Below, one piece after another: positions 50,942 through 63,176 of a stretch of DNA of 64,000 bases. The notes beneath the pieces were generated by a model. It was not told where the DNA came from. It did no database searches and saw only the letters and a list, made by a program, of their open reading frames with translations. This DNA comes from Haliotis cracherodii. Lineage: Eukaryota. The stretch's first letter is position 1. The number at the start of each line of letters is the position of its first letter. A program made the position numbers and the translations under genes. The stretch is from contig NW_027266330.1 in NCBI RefSeq assembly GCF_022045235.1, positions 31,620,001-31,684,000 on the forward strand, read 5' to 3'.

Positions 50942-52856
50942 GAGAAATCACAAGTCCCATCCACATCAACTAGTGCTGCATTTACCTTGTTATTCATTTT
51001 TTGTTATTGTACACAAATGTTGCCTGACAGTGTGCAAAGGGCATCCTATTATATTGTAAACCACATTTGTTTGTTGATGAATATGCTGAGGAAATAAATA
51101 ATGAAGTCGATATTATAATCTTGATCATTTGCTGACACGCTCACGACATCTTGAAGACATCATTCGTATAGAAAGTTTGTGAGAGAGAGAGAGAAAAGGT
51201 TAATTTGAGATGGTATCTCACAATACCAAGCCTTCGATCATTTTACTTGGTTCTGAGTATGGCAATCATTCGCAGATATCGTCCTTAATCTATTCTTTGA
51301 AATAGGAAAAGATACAGACTAATCAATTGAAATGAAACACATTAGGTATTGATGGAGAAGAAGAGATTCCAATGTAATGGTTGCACCATAACATTAAATA
51401 CAGTTTGGAGCGTTGCAATTCGTTTGCCCGTATCCATGCCGATCCTATAGCAAAAGGATTTAGACAGACGAACCACAACCCCATATGATATTCATCTGAG
51501 AGAGATATATGCCAGGTGGAATTTCATTTTATCAGAGCATTTAATTGTTTCTCTTTCCTTTTGAAATGTACATGCCCAAGTGCTTAAGGAGAGAGTCATA
51601 CATGTTAAAAAGTGTCAATGCATACAGCATGCAAAACAAAAGGAAATTGAAACATTGACATCAACACAGGCCAAATAACATTTTTGATCCAAGTCAGCAC
51701 TTGATGAATACTATTCCCCTGAAAGCACTAAAAAGTAAAGATCAGAATATCCTGACATGAAACAGTAGGCATCTTTCAAAAACAATGCTAACAACGTGCT
51801 TATGTTTATCTAGCAACATACTCCAATTTCCATCATGTGCTTTAACAGCATTCTGTATTCAAAGATATAAATCATGACACCGTGCTTTGTAATTCTCCCC
51901 AAAACATGACAGTTATACACTGAAGATGATGTCTCTAGATCATTTAACACACATAAACTTTATTGTACATGCCTATTTATTTATTTATATAGTAACCTTT
52001 CAACTACCCGACGTCCACCCAAAAGCTTCTAAGATGGTAAATATCCAGATACTTAAGCCAAATGAGCTGCTTCAATTATACCATGATGATGGTATTCATC
52101 AAAAATAGTATTTGAAATGCTTCAAAACATACGTGCTGTATTTCAATCATGTAAGACTGGTTGGGAAAATGGTCAGATTAACATAGCATTTACGACCTCA
52201 AACAGATGTGTACAATAAGTTCCAGATTTGACTGTACATGTCTTCACTTTGCCTTTGCCTACCTGATTAAGGATTTTTTAGGATTGTGGACATGGTTTTC
52301 TCGGGTTTTTTAATTGAAACTAAACGTTCAGAGAAGCATCAGACGATTTCCAAGCTGATAGAAGTTTCTGTGACTTGGTTTCTGTGGAAGCGAAAGTAAC
52401 CACATCGGATTTTTAAGTAACACAATGTACTGCACCGTTTGATCAATCCCGATTTAATCAATTAACAATGATTGATAATCCCTGGAGATAACAGGACTAG
52501 ATTGGTTGAACTCTTCTCAGACCTCTCCCTTTATACGGAAACTTGTTTTGACAAGAAGTTGATTGGTTTCTCAAGTGGACAGTGAGATTCCTTTCGGATC
52601 AAAGCCGAATGAAGTTGTAGTGTAGCTTTGATCTCGCCACTGGCTTCGAAAATGCTCTCTTTGATCTATAAATCTCTACTACTATGTTTATACTAAGGGT
52701 CAGTATAAATGTTTTGCACGGACTGGAGTCCTTCACTGCATCTCAATCCGTGAGAACGAACACATCTACTTTCCAATTATCTAAATTTGGCGCTACTGAA
52801 TTCCTGTAGTATTACATCCGACTGCATTCTAGTGTTGTGTCCGAAGGCCCTAGAAC

Positions 52857-53478
52857 ATGGATCCAGTTCAAGTTGCCATCAAGCTGAGACGACTCCTTAT
52901 TGCCCACGACAATGCAGTGAAAGAGATCCTGACATTAGGTAAATATGAACTGTGCTCTTTTTCAGTCCCCTGCAAACATTGCAATATCGGTATCACACTG
53001 AATTTTAGAATTGAACAAAATAAAATGATATTGTTGTGAACACATTTACCGAGATTTCTAATTACCCGTTTTATTGTTTTCAGATACCCAAGTCTACCAT
53101 CTGATGCGGAAGATGACAGGCAACTCCTCCAACAACTGCATAATCCGAGGTGAACAGCTGATCCAGAGACGATGGGTGCTGGAAGGTGTCAAGGAGATGT
53201 TTACCATCTACAGACAACTCAAGTGGCAAGAGGTGCAAGCCTGTGTAAACGCCATCACCAAAGATGCTTCTGGAGAGAGTGATTCGGAGGCGGACTGGAA
53301 TGGAGATACCTCTTTCAATGACGATGAAGCTTCCTTCACGGAACTCTTGTCCGACAGCTCATATAGTGAGGACGACGAAGACCAGGGAGACCTATACAGC
53401 AACGACAGCAGCTACGATATGACGACTCTCAGTCGAGCTTTGTCTGTAGACGACAGTGCACTTCATAGAAACGCCTAA
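52857..53478 (+). CDS. Array gene copy, A40G (intron 52939-53083)
   Basis: Same structure. Confidence 0.88.
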
Positions 53479-55322
53479 GAGAAATCACAAGTCCCATCCA
53501 CATCAACTAGTGCTGCATTAACCTTGTTATTCATTTTTTGTTATTGTACACAAATGTTGCCTGACAGTGTGCAAAGGGCATCCTATTATATTGTAAACCA
53601 CATTTGTTTGTTGATGAATATGCTGAGGAAATAAATAATGAAGTCGATATTATAATCTTGATCATTTGCTGACACGCTCACGACATCTTGAAGACATCAT
53701 TCGTATAGAAAGTTTGTGAGAGAGAGAGAGAAAAGGTTAATTTGAGATGGTATCTCACAATACCAAGCCTTCCATCATTTTACTTGGTTCTGAGTATGGC
53801 AATCATTCGCAGATATCGTCCTTAATCTATTCTTTGAAATAGGAAAAGATACAGACTAATCAATTGAAATGAAACACGTTAGGTATTGATGGAGAAGAGA
53901 TTCCAATGTAATGGTTGCACCATAACATTAAATACAGTTTGGAGCGTTGCAATTCGTTTGCCCGTATCCATGCCGATCCTATAGCAAAAGGATTTAGACA
54001 GACGAACCACAACCCCATATGATATTGATCTTAGAGACATATATGTCAGGTTGGATTTCATATTATCAGAGCATTTAATTGTTTCTCTTTCCTTTTGAAA
54101 TGTACATGCCCAAGTGCTTAAGGAGAGAGTCATACATGTTAAAAAGTGTCAATGCATACAGCATGCAAAACAAAAGGAAATTGAAACATTGACATCAACA
54201 CAGGCCAAATAACATTTTTGATCCAAGTCAGCACTTGATGAATACTATTCCCCTGAAAGCACTAAAAAGTAAAGATCAGAATATCCTGACATGAAACAGT
54301 AGGCATCTTTCAAAAACAATGCTAACAACGTGCTTATGTATATCTAGCAACATACTCCAATTTCCATCATGTGCTTTAACAGCATTCTGTATTCAAAGAT
54401 ATAAATCATGACACCGTGCTTTGTAATTCTCCCCAAAACATGACAGTTATACACTGAAGATGATGTCTCTAGATCATTTAACACACATAAACTTTATTGT
54501 ACATGCCTATTTATTTATTTATATAGTAACCTTTTAAGTACCCGACGTCCACCCAAAAGCTTCTAAGATGGTAAATATCCAGATACTTAAGCCAAATGAA
54601 CTGCTTCAATTATACCATGATGATGGTATTCATCAAAAATAGTATTTGAAATGCTTCAAAACATACGTGCTGTATTTCGATCATGTAAGACGGGTTGGGA
54701 AAATGCTCAGATTAACATAGCATTTACGACCTCAAACAGATGTGTACAATAAGTTCCAGATTTGACTGTACATGTCTTCACTTTGCCTTTGCCTACCTGA
54801 TTAAGGATTTTTTAGGATTGTGGACATGGTTTTCTCGGCTTTTTTAATTGAAACTAAACGTTCAGAGAAGCATCAGACGATTTCCAAGCTGATAGAAGTT
54901 TCTGTGACTTGGTTTCTGTGGAAGCGAAAGTAACCACATCGGATTTTTAAGTAACACAATGTACTGCACCGTTTGATCAATCCCGATTTAATCAATTAAC
55001 AATGATTGATAATCCCTGGAGATAACAGGACTAGATTGGTTGAACTCTTGGCTGGCTGACTGATATAAAAGATTTAACGTGCGCTTTCCGACTACAGCGT
55101 ATTTCGCACACGGGCCTGGTCGGACCATTTAGTGTATTCCGAGAAGGGTGAAAGTGGTGTGTGCAATCCAAGAGGGGGCTTTTAGGGGTTGCTTATATTG
55201 ATTTTTTGAAATTTTTAAATTTGGAATAAATGCCGAGGTGGGTGGAGGAGGGAACTAAGGGAGCCGGGTGAGGTGGGTGTTTGTATGTTTATTGGATTTT
55301 GAATTGGTAGATTAGTTAATTT

Positions 55323-58300
55323 TTAGATGCGCTTAATTAGGTCTGTTTTGATTAGGAATACGCCTAGGGCCTTGAAGTTTTCTAGTTTATTTTGAGGGTT
55401 TAGTATTTCATCTAGAGTAGGAACTTTATTTAGATTGAGGGCGGTTTGTAGTGTGGTTCTGTGTGTTTGATAGTGGGTGCAGTGAATGAGTGCGTGTTCT
55501 GTGGTTTCGGGTTGTTTGCAGTGGGGGCAGTTGCCTGTGGTGTGTCTTTTAAGTTGTTTTAGGTGGTTATTTAGGTTGGTGTGTCCTGTTTGGAGTTTTG
55601 TAATTAATCTGTCAATTTTTTTAGAGGGGTGTAGGATTTTAGGTTTGGCTAGTGGTTTTCTGAGCACTTTTTTGATTTGGCTATTTGAGTTTTGATATTG
55701 ATTATGCCATTTTTTGGTTATTTTTTTGTTTGTTTACACTTTTAATTTCTGATTTTGAGATGGGTAGGTTTAGGCTTATTTCTGGTATTTTGAGAGACAA
55801 TTTAGCTGCTTTATCGGCGCTTTCATTGCCGTAAATTCCTACGTGGGCGGGGATCCACAAGAAGGTTATTTGTTTGCCTGCTTTTGTTAGGTCGTTGGAG
55901 CTTTTAAGTATTTGGTTTATTAATTTAGGTCGTTTTTTGGTATTTTTGTTTTGGAGGGCTTGTAGTCCACTAAGGGAGTCAGTGAGAATTAGGATTTTTT
56001 TGTTGTTTTTAGATTGTTGGTTATGCAGGGCTGAGGCCATGCCCATAAGTTCGGCCGTGAATATTGATTGGTTGTTAGGGAGTCGGTAAGATTGTGTGCA
56101 TATAACTGGTTGTGAGGTATGGACTCCGAAGCCTGTGTGGTTGGAGATCGGGTCTGAAGATCCGTCAGTGTATATGTGACACCAATTTGGCCAATTTTCG
56201 TGTATGTATGCAAGTGTGGTGGTTTTAGCTATGTTTGGGTCGGTTTGTTTATTTATTTGGTTAGCTAGCGTTGTGTCTAATTGGGGTATTTTGAGTTTAG
56301 GGGTGAAGATATTTGTTTTTTTGCAGTTTTGTGTAAGATTTTGAGTTTGGTGTTCATTGAGGTAGTTAGTTATTCTTTGGGATATTGGGGTGAGTAAGGG
56401 GTGTTTGCGAGCTAGAGCTTGGTTTCTTGGGCTAATGTTTTGGTTAATTAGGTTTTGGATGAGAGGGTTTGTTTGGGACGCGGCCCAGAAGTTAAGGCTT
56501 AGATGTTCCCTGCGTAGATTTAGTGGCATTTCTCCTGTAAGGGCCTGAAGTGAGGTGTAGGAGGTGCCATGTTGGGTGCGTGTAATTAGTTTGAGAGCCT
56601 GATATTGTATTGAGTCAAGTTTTTTAGAAAGAGAGTTGTTTAGGGTATTGTATATGGCACAGCCGTAGTCTAGTTTTGATCTAATTAGTGTTGTATATAG
56701 TGAGAGGAGAGTATCTTTGGAGGCTCCCCAGTTAGAGCCGGTGAGACATCTTAATGTGTTAAGGTCTTTGCTGCATCTAGTTTTTAGGTTTTGGACGTGA
56801 GCCTCCCAGGTGAGGTGTTGATCGAAAATAAGTCCTAAGAATTTTGTTTGTTTTTGGAATTTGATTGTTTGGTTGTTTAGCTGGAGGATTGGGTAGGCAG
56901 GTTTCATGTTTTTATGTTTGAATACTACTCCTGTTGTTTTATCTGAGTTAAGGGAGAAGCCCCATTTGTCTGCCCATTGTTGTATTTTATTTAGAGATTT
57001 TTGGATTAAGTTTTCTGCCATTTTAATGCTTTTAGTGCGGATCCATAGGGCTCCGTCATCCGCGAATTTTGAAGTGTTTAGTTTAGGGGATAATCCCTCG
57101 AATAGATCATTTATCATTATATTGAAGAGGGTTGGGCTGAGGATGCTGCCCTGGGGAGTGCCATTTTCTAGGGGACACTGGTCCGATAGTGTATGGTCTA
57201 TACCCACGGTAATTTTGCGATTGTTTAGGAAATCTTGGATGAAGTTTATTATTTGACCTTTTAGTCCTATTTTTTTTAGTTTTTGTAATAGCCCGTGGTG
57301 CCATACCATATCGAAAGCTTTAGAGAAGTCGAGGAATATGCCTATGGTGTATTGCTTGTTTAGCTGTCCTGTTTTTATATCCTGTTCTAGTCGGGCAAGG
57401 TTATCGAGAGTTGATCGGCCAGGAGTGAAGCCGCTTTGGTCAGGATTTATGATGTTGTTTTGGTCTAGGTAGTGCTGTAGCCTATTTTTAGTCATAAGTT
57501 CCATTATTTTGCAGAGATTTGAGGTTAGGGAGATGGGCCTATAGGAGTTTGCCTGATCTGCTGGTTTATTTGGTTTAGGTATTGGGATTACTAGAGCTTC
57601 CTTCCATGAGGATGGGACCTGTCCGTTTAGGTAGACTAGGTTGTATAGTTTAAGTAAAGTTTGGAGTAGTTTGGTAGGTAAGTGTTTGATTATTTGGTAA
57701 GAGGTGAGGTCTAGGCCAGGGGCTGTTCCTTTTTTTCTATTGTTTAGTACGTGATTTAGTTCTTCTATGGTGTAAGGTTGATTTATTTCTAGGTTGTCTT
57801 GTCTGTTTTCTTTGGAGAATTTAGTTTCTTTATTTAGTTTATCTTGGAATTTCTTACTGAAGTTACTGTTGCTGCTAACTTTAGAGAAGTGTTTGGCTAG
57901 GTTGTTGGCCTTTTGGGTGGGGTTAGTTGAGTTGTTTATATTGGGGCTTTTTTTGTGCCGTTTGATGCCTCGGATGGCGTGAATTTTGCGCCACACCTTC
58001 CTAGCGTCGGTGTGGTGATTTAGCTCCTCACAGAATTTTTTCCACGTTTTGGTTTTAGCAGTTTTAACTAGGTTTTGCACTTGGTGGTTAAGTTCATGAG
58101 CTGTTTTGAGATGAGAGGGGTCTCGTTTAGCTCTGTTGAAAGCTGATTTGCGTTTTAGTCTAGTTAGCTCTATTTCCTCATTCCACCAAGGAACAGTGGG
58201 TTTTCCTGGGTTGGATGATTTGAAGGGGATTTCGGATTTGGCTGCGTTGATTATGAAGTTAGTTAGGTTTTGACAGAATGTTTCGGGATCTGTTGTTTCT

Positions 58301-59082
58301 AAATCGTTTAGATTAGCTTCGTTGCATAATTCTTGGAATTGGTCCCAGTTGGCGTTTTTGTACTGAAATTTAGGTTCCTGTTTAGGGGTTTGATTTGGTA
58401 TTTTTATATTTCCTAGGGTTATATTTATGGGAAAGTGGTCGCTGCCTAGAGGTACTGGGTGGACGTCCCACATCAGACTTTGTGCTAAGTCTGGCGTACA
58501 TATTGTTAAGTCGATAGCCGACATGGTGTGGTGGGTTTTGTCGTATCTAGTTGGTTGGTTATTGTTTAATAGTATTAGGTCATTTTTTTCGATCCACTCT
58601 GATATTAGTTGTCCATGGTTGTCTAGTTTATCTGCAATGCCCCAGGTAGGATGATGGGCATTGAAGTCTCCTAGGAAGATGGTTGATTTATTTCCTAATT
58701 GGTAAAGGACATCTAGGTCTGTATCTTTAATTGGTTTTAGTGTTGAGTGATAGATGTTAATGATTTTTATTTTTTGGTTATTGATGGTGACTTGGATTCC
58801 ATTAGCTTCTAGATTAGGAGTGTTTACTTTAACTTCCTCGTAGTTAATATCCTCTCTAACGTAGATGATTAGACCTCCTCCAGTTCTGCCTGGCATGGTT
58901 TTGGACCTGTCGGTTCTCACTGCGTTATAATTTGGTAGGTTGAATTTAGTTTTATGTGAGAATTTGGTTTCTTGAATACAAGCTACATGGGGACCTTTAT
59001 CTATTTTGAATTTAGCTTTGAGTTCAGAACCATGGCCGGCGAGGCCATTGGCATTCCATTGAAAAATGTTTAGGCCTTCCAT
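55323..59082 (-). CDS. Subfamily B ORF2 (APE-RT-RNaseH-CCHC) with a +1 frameshift in an A7 run at 55721-55727
   Basis: ORF 59082-55702 starts MEGLNIFQWN and leaves homology at KQK. The C-terminal CPHC...H...C domain continues in ORF 55667-55323. Confidence 0.9.
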
Positions 59083-59129
59083 TGGGAAACTGGGTGGATT
59101 TATGTTTGGTTTAGGCTTGGTTTAGGTAT

Positions 59130-59678
59130 TTACTTTAGTAGGTTATTAAGGTTGCTGCTGAAACGGTCGAAAGATGTGGTGACGAGTTTTAGTTTATGTG
59201 CTACACCAAAGAAGGCTTTGGAGCTGGCTTCTGGATTAGACTGCTTTAACACGTAAGCTAGTAGGAGGACTAAGTTGTTTAGATTTTTGCTTGCTACGTT
59301 TTGGGTGAGTTTTTTTCTATAGCTTTTGGTTTTTGGGGCTGACAAGGTAAGCTCGTTTATTTCCTCTGAGGATGTGTACTCGTCCTCTTCGGTTAAGTTG
59401 TCTTTAGTTTGGTCAATCTGTTCGGTGGTGGGTTGCATGCTGGGTTTGGGTGCGAGAGTCTGAGTGGTTTCTGTAGTTTCCCTGTTGACTGGGTGTTCGG
59501 GGGTTGCCTGTAGGTTTGGGAGTGTTGTTGCCCTTGTGGCTGTGATGGCTTGTGTTGGTGCTGGTTGTGTGGTGGTCGTTGTGCGTTGGGTTTTGCTTGC
59601 GGGTGTAGATGTGGTAATTGTAGGGTGAGAGGCGGGGAGGGTGAGAGTGTGAGTTTGTGGGATGTGTGGGGTGTTTGT
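59130..59678 (-). pseudogene. Truncated ORF1 C-terminal part of subfamily B
   Basis: T/P-rich linker, then NLNNLVLLLAY..., homologous to the A ORF1 end (NLNNLTLLLAY). Confidence 0.85.
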
Positions 59679-60029
59679 TTGAACTCTTCTCAGACCTCTC
59701 CCTTTATACGGAAACTTGTTTTGACAAGAAGTTGATTGGTTTCTCAAGTGGACAGTGAGATTCCTTTCGGATCAAAGCCGAATGAAGTTGTAGTGTAGCT
59801 TTGATCTCGCCACTGGCTTCGAAAATGCTCCCTTTGATCTATAAATCTCTACTACTATGTTTATACTAAGGGTCAGTATAAATGTTTTGCAAGGACTGGA
59901 GTCCTTCACTGCATCTCAATCCGTGAGAACGAACACATCTACTTTCCAATTATCTAAATTTGGCGCTACTGAATTCCTGTAGTATTACATCCGACTGCAT
60001 TCTAGTGTTGTGTCCGAAGGCCCTAGAAC

Positions 60030-60651
60030 ATGGATCCAGTTCAAGTTGCCATCAAGCTGAGACGATTCCTTATTGCCCACGACAATGCAGTGAAAGAGAT
60101 CCTGACATTAGGTAAATATGAACTGTGCTCTTTTTCAGTCCCCTGCAAACATTGCAATATCGGTATCACACTGAATTTTAGAATTGAACAAAATAAAATG
60201 ATATTGTTGTGAACACATTTACCGAGATTTCTAATTACCCGTTTTATTGTTTTCAGATACCCAAGTCTACCATCTGATGCGGAAGATGACAGCCAACTCC
60301 TCCAACAACTGCATAATCCGAGGTGAACAGCTGATCCAGAGACGATGGGTGCTGGAAGGTGTCAAGGAGATGTTAACCATCTACAGACAACTCAAGTGGC
60401 AAGAGGTGCAAGCCTGTGTAAACGCCATCACCAAAGATGCTTCTGGAGAGAGTGATTCGGAGGCGGACTGGAATGCAGATACCTCTTTCAATGACGATGA
60501 AGCTTCCTTCACGGAACTCTTGTCCGACAGCTCATATAGTGAGGACGACGAAGACCAGGGAGACCTATACAGCAACGACAGCAGCTACGATATGACGACT
60601 CTCAGTCGAGCTTTGTCTGTAGACGACAGTGCACTTCATAGAAACGCCTAA
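60030..60651 (+). CDS. Array gene copy with L13F, F67L and G101A (intron 60112-60256)
   Basis: Same structure. Its distal promoter is split off by LINE B. Confidence 0.82.
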
Positions 60652-62554
60652 GAGAAATCACAAGTCCCATCCACATCAACTAGTGCTGCATTTACCTTGT
60701 TATTCATTTTTTCATTTTTTGTTATTGTACACAAATGTTGCCTGACAGTGTGCAAAGGGCATCCTATTATATTGTAAACCACATTTGTTTGTTGATGAAT
60801 ATGCTGAGGAAATAAATAATGAAGTCGATATTATAATCTTGATCATTCACTGACACGCTCACGACATCTTGAAGACATCATTCGTATAGAGAGAGAGAAA
60901 AGGTTAATTTGAGATGGTATCTCACAATACCAAACCTTCGATCATTTTACTTGGTTCTGAGTATGGCAATCATTCGCAGATATCGTCCTTAATCTATTCT
61001 TTGAAATAGGAAAAAGATACAGACTAATCAATTGAAATGAAACACATTTGGACATTAGGTATTGATGGAGAAGAAGTGATTCCAATGTAATGGTTGCACA
61101 ATAACATTAAATACAGTTTGGAGCGTTGCAATTCGTTTGCCCGTATCCAAGCCGATCCTATAGCAAAAGGATTTAGACAGACGAACCACAACCCCATATG
61201 ATATTCATCTGAGAGACATATATGTCAGGTTGTATTTCATATTATCAGAGCATTTAATTGTTTCTCTTTCCTTTTGCAATGTACATACCCAAGTGCTTAA
61301 GGAGATAGTCATGCATGTTAAAAATTGTCAATGCACACAGCATGCAAGACAAAAGGAAATTGAAACATTGACATCAACACAGGCCAAATAACATTTCTGA
61401 TCCAAGTCAGCACTTGATGAATACTATTCCCCTGAAAGCACTAAAAAGTAAAGATCAGAATATCCTGACATGAAACAGTGGGCATCTTTCAAAAACAATG
61501 CTAACAACGTGCTTATGTTTATCTAGCAACATACTCCAATTTACCTCATGTGCTTTAACAGCATTCTGTATTCAAAGATATAAATCATGACACAGTGCTT
61601 TGTAATTCTCCCAAACACATGACAGTTATACACTGAAGATGATGTCTCTAGATCATTTAACACACATAAACTTTATTGTACATGCCTATTTATTTATTTA
61701 TTTATATAGTAAGCATTTAAGTACCCGACGTCCACCCAAAACTTCTAAGATGGTTAATATCCAGATACTTAAGCCAAATGAGCTGCTTCAATTATACCAT
61801 GAGGATGGTATTCATCAAAAATAGTATTTGAAATGCTTCAAAACATACGTAAGACTGGTTGGGGAAATGGTCAGTTTAACATAGCATTCACGACCTCAAA
61901 CAGATGTGTACAATAAGTTCCAGATTTGACTGTACATGTCTTCACTTTGCCTTTGCCTACCAGAGTAAGGATTTTTTAGGATTGTGGACATGGTTTTCTG
62001 GGCTTTTTTAATTGAAACTAAACGTTCAGAGAAGCATCAGACGATTTCCAATCTGATAGAAGTTTCTGTGACTTGGTTTCTGTGGATGCGAAAGTAACCA
62101 CATCGGATTTTTAAGTAACACAATGTACTGCACCGTTTGATCAATCCCGATTTAATCAATTAACAATGATTGATAATCCCTGCAGATAACAGGACTAGAT
62201 TGGTTGAACTCTTCTCAGACCTGTCCCTTTATACGGAAACTTGTTTTGACAAGAAGTTGATTGGTTTCTCAAGTGGACAGTGAGATTCCTTTCGGATCAA
62301 AGCCGAATGAAGTTGCAGTGTAGCTTTGATCTCGCCACTGGCTTCGAAAATGCTCTCTTTGATCTATAAATCTCTACTACTATGTTTATACTAAGGGTAA
62401 GTATAAATGTTTTGCACGGACTGGAGTCCTTCACTTCATCTCAATCCGTGAGAACGAACACATCTACTTTCCAATTATCTAAATTTGGCGCTACTGAATT
62501 CCTGTAGTATTACATCCGACTGCATTCTAGTGTTGTGTCCGAAGGCCCTAGAAC

Positions 62555-63176
62555 ATGGATCCAGTTCAAGTTGCCATCAAGCTGAGACGACTCCTTATTG
62601 CCCACGACAATGCAGTGAAAGAGATCCTGACATTAGGTAAATATGAACTGTGCTCTTTTTCAGTTCCCTGCAAACATGGCAATATTGGTATCACACTGAA
62701 TTTTAGAATTGAACAAAATAAAATGACATTGTTGGGAACACATTTACCGAGATTTCTAATTACCCGTTTTATTGTTTTCAGATACCCAAGTCTACCATCT
62801 GATGCGGAAGATGACAGCTAACTCCTCCAACAACTGCATAATCCGAGGTGAACAGCTGATCCAGAGACGATGGGTGCTGGAAGGTGTCAAGGAGATGTTT
62901 ACCATCTACAGACAACTCAAGTGGCAAGAGGTGCAAGCCTGTGTAAACGCCATCACCAAAGATGCTTCTGGAGAGAGTGATTCGGAGGCGGACTGGAATG
63001 CAGATACCTCTTTCAATGACGATGAAGCTTCCTTCACGGAACTCTTGTCCGACAGCTCATATAGTGAGGACGACGAAGACCAGGGAGACCTATACAGCAA
63101 CGACAGCAGCTACGATATGACGACTCTCAGTCGAGCTTTGTCTGTAGACGACAGTGCACTTCATAGAAACGCCTAA
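62555..63176 (+). CDS. Array gene copy, G101A (intron 62637-62781)
   Basis: Same structure; splice sites intact despite several intron substitutions. Confidence 0.86.

Larger units (their letters stand above)
55050..59678 (-). mobile_element. I-group non-LTR retrotransposon, diverged subfamily B, antisense, 5'-truncated in ORF1
   Basis: ORF2 is homologous to A. The 3' tail on the element strand is ...TCAGTCAGCCAGCC. TSD TTGAACTCTT at 55040-55049 and 59679-59688. Confidence 0.95.

Noticed and set aside
53879-54133. Minus-strand 84/85-aa spacer ORF and a possible minus-strand splice acceptor (TCTCTCTCAG)
   Set aside because: Open in only two units, no recognisable motif, and the region accumulates substitutions and indels.
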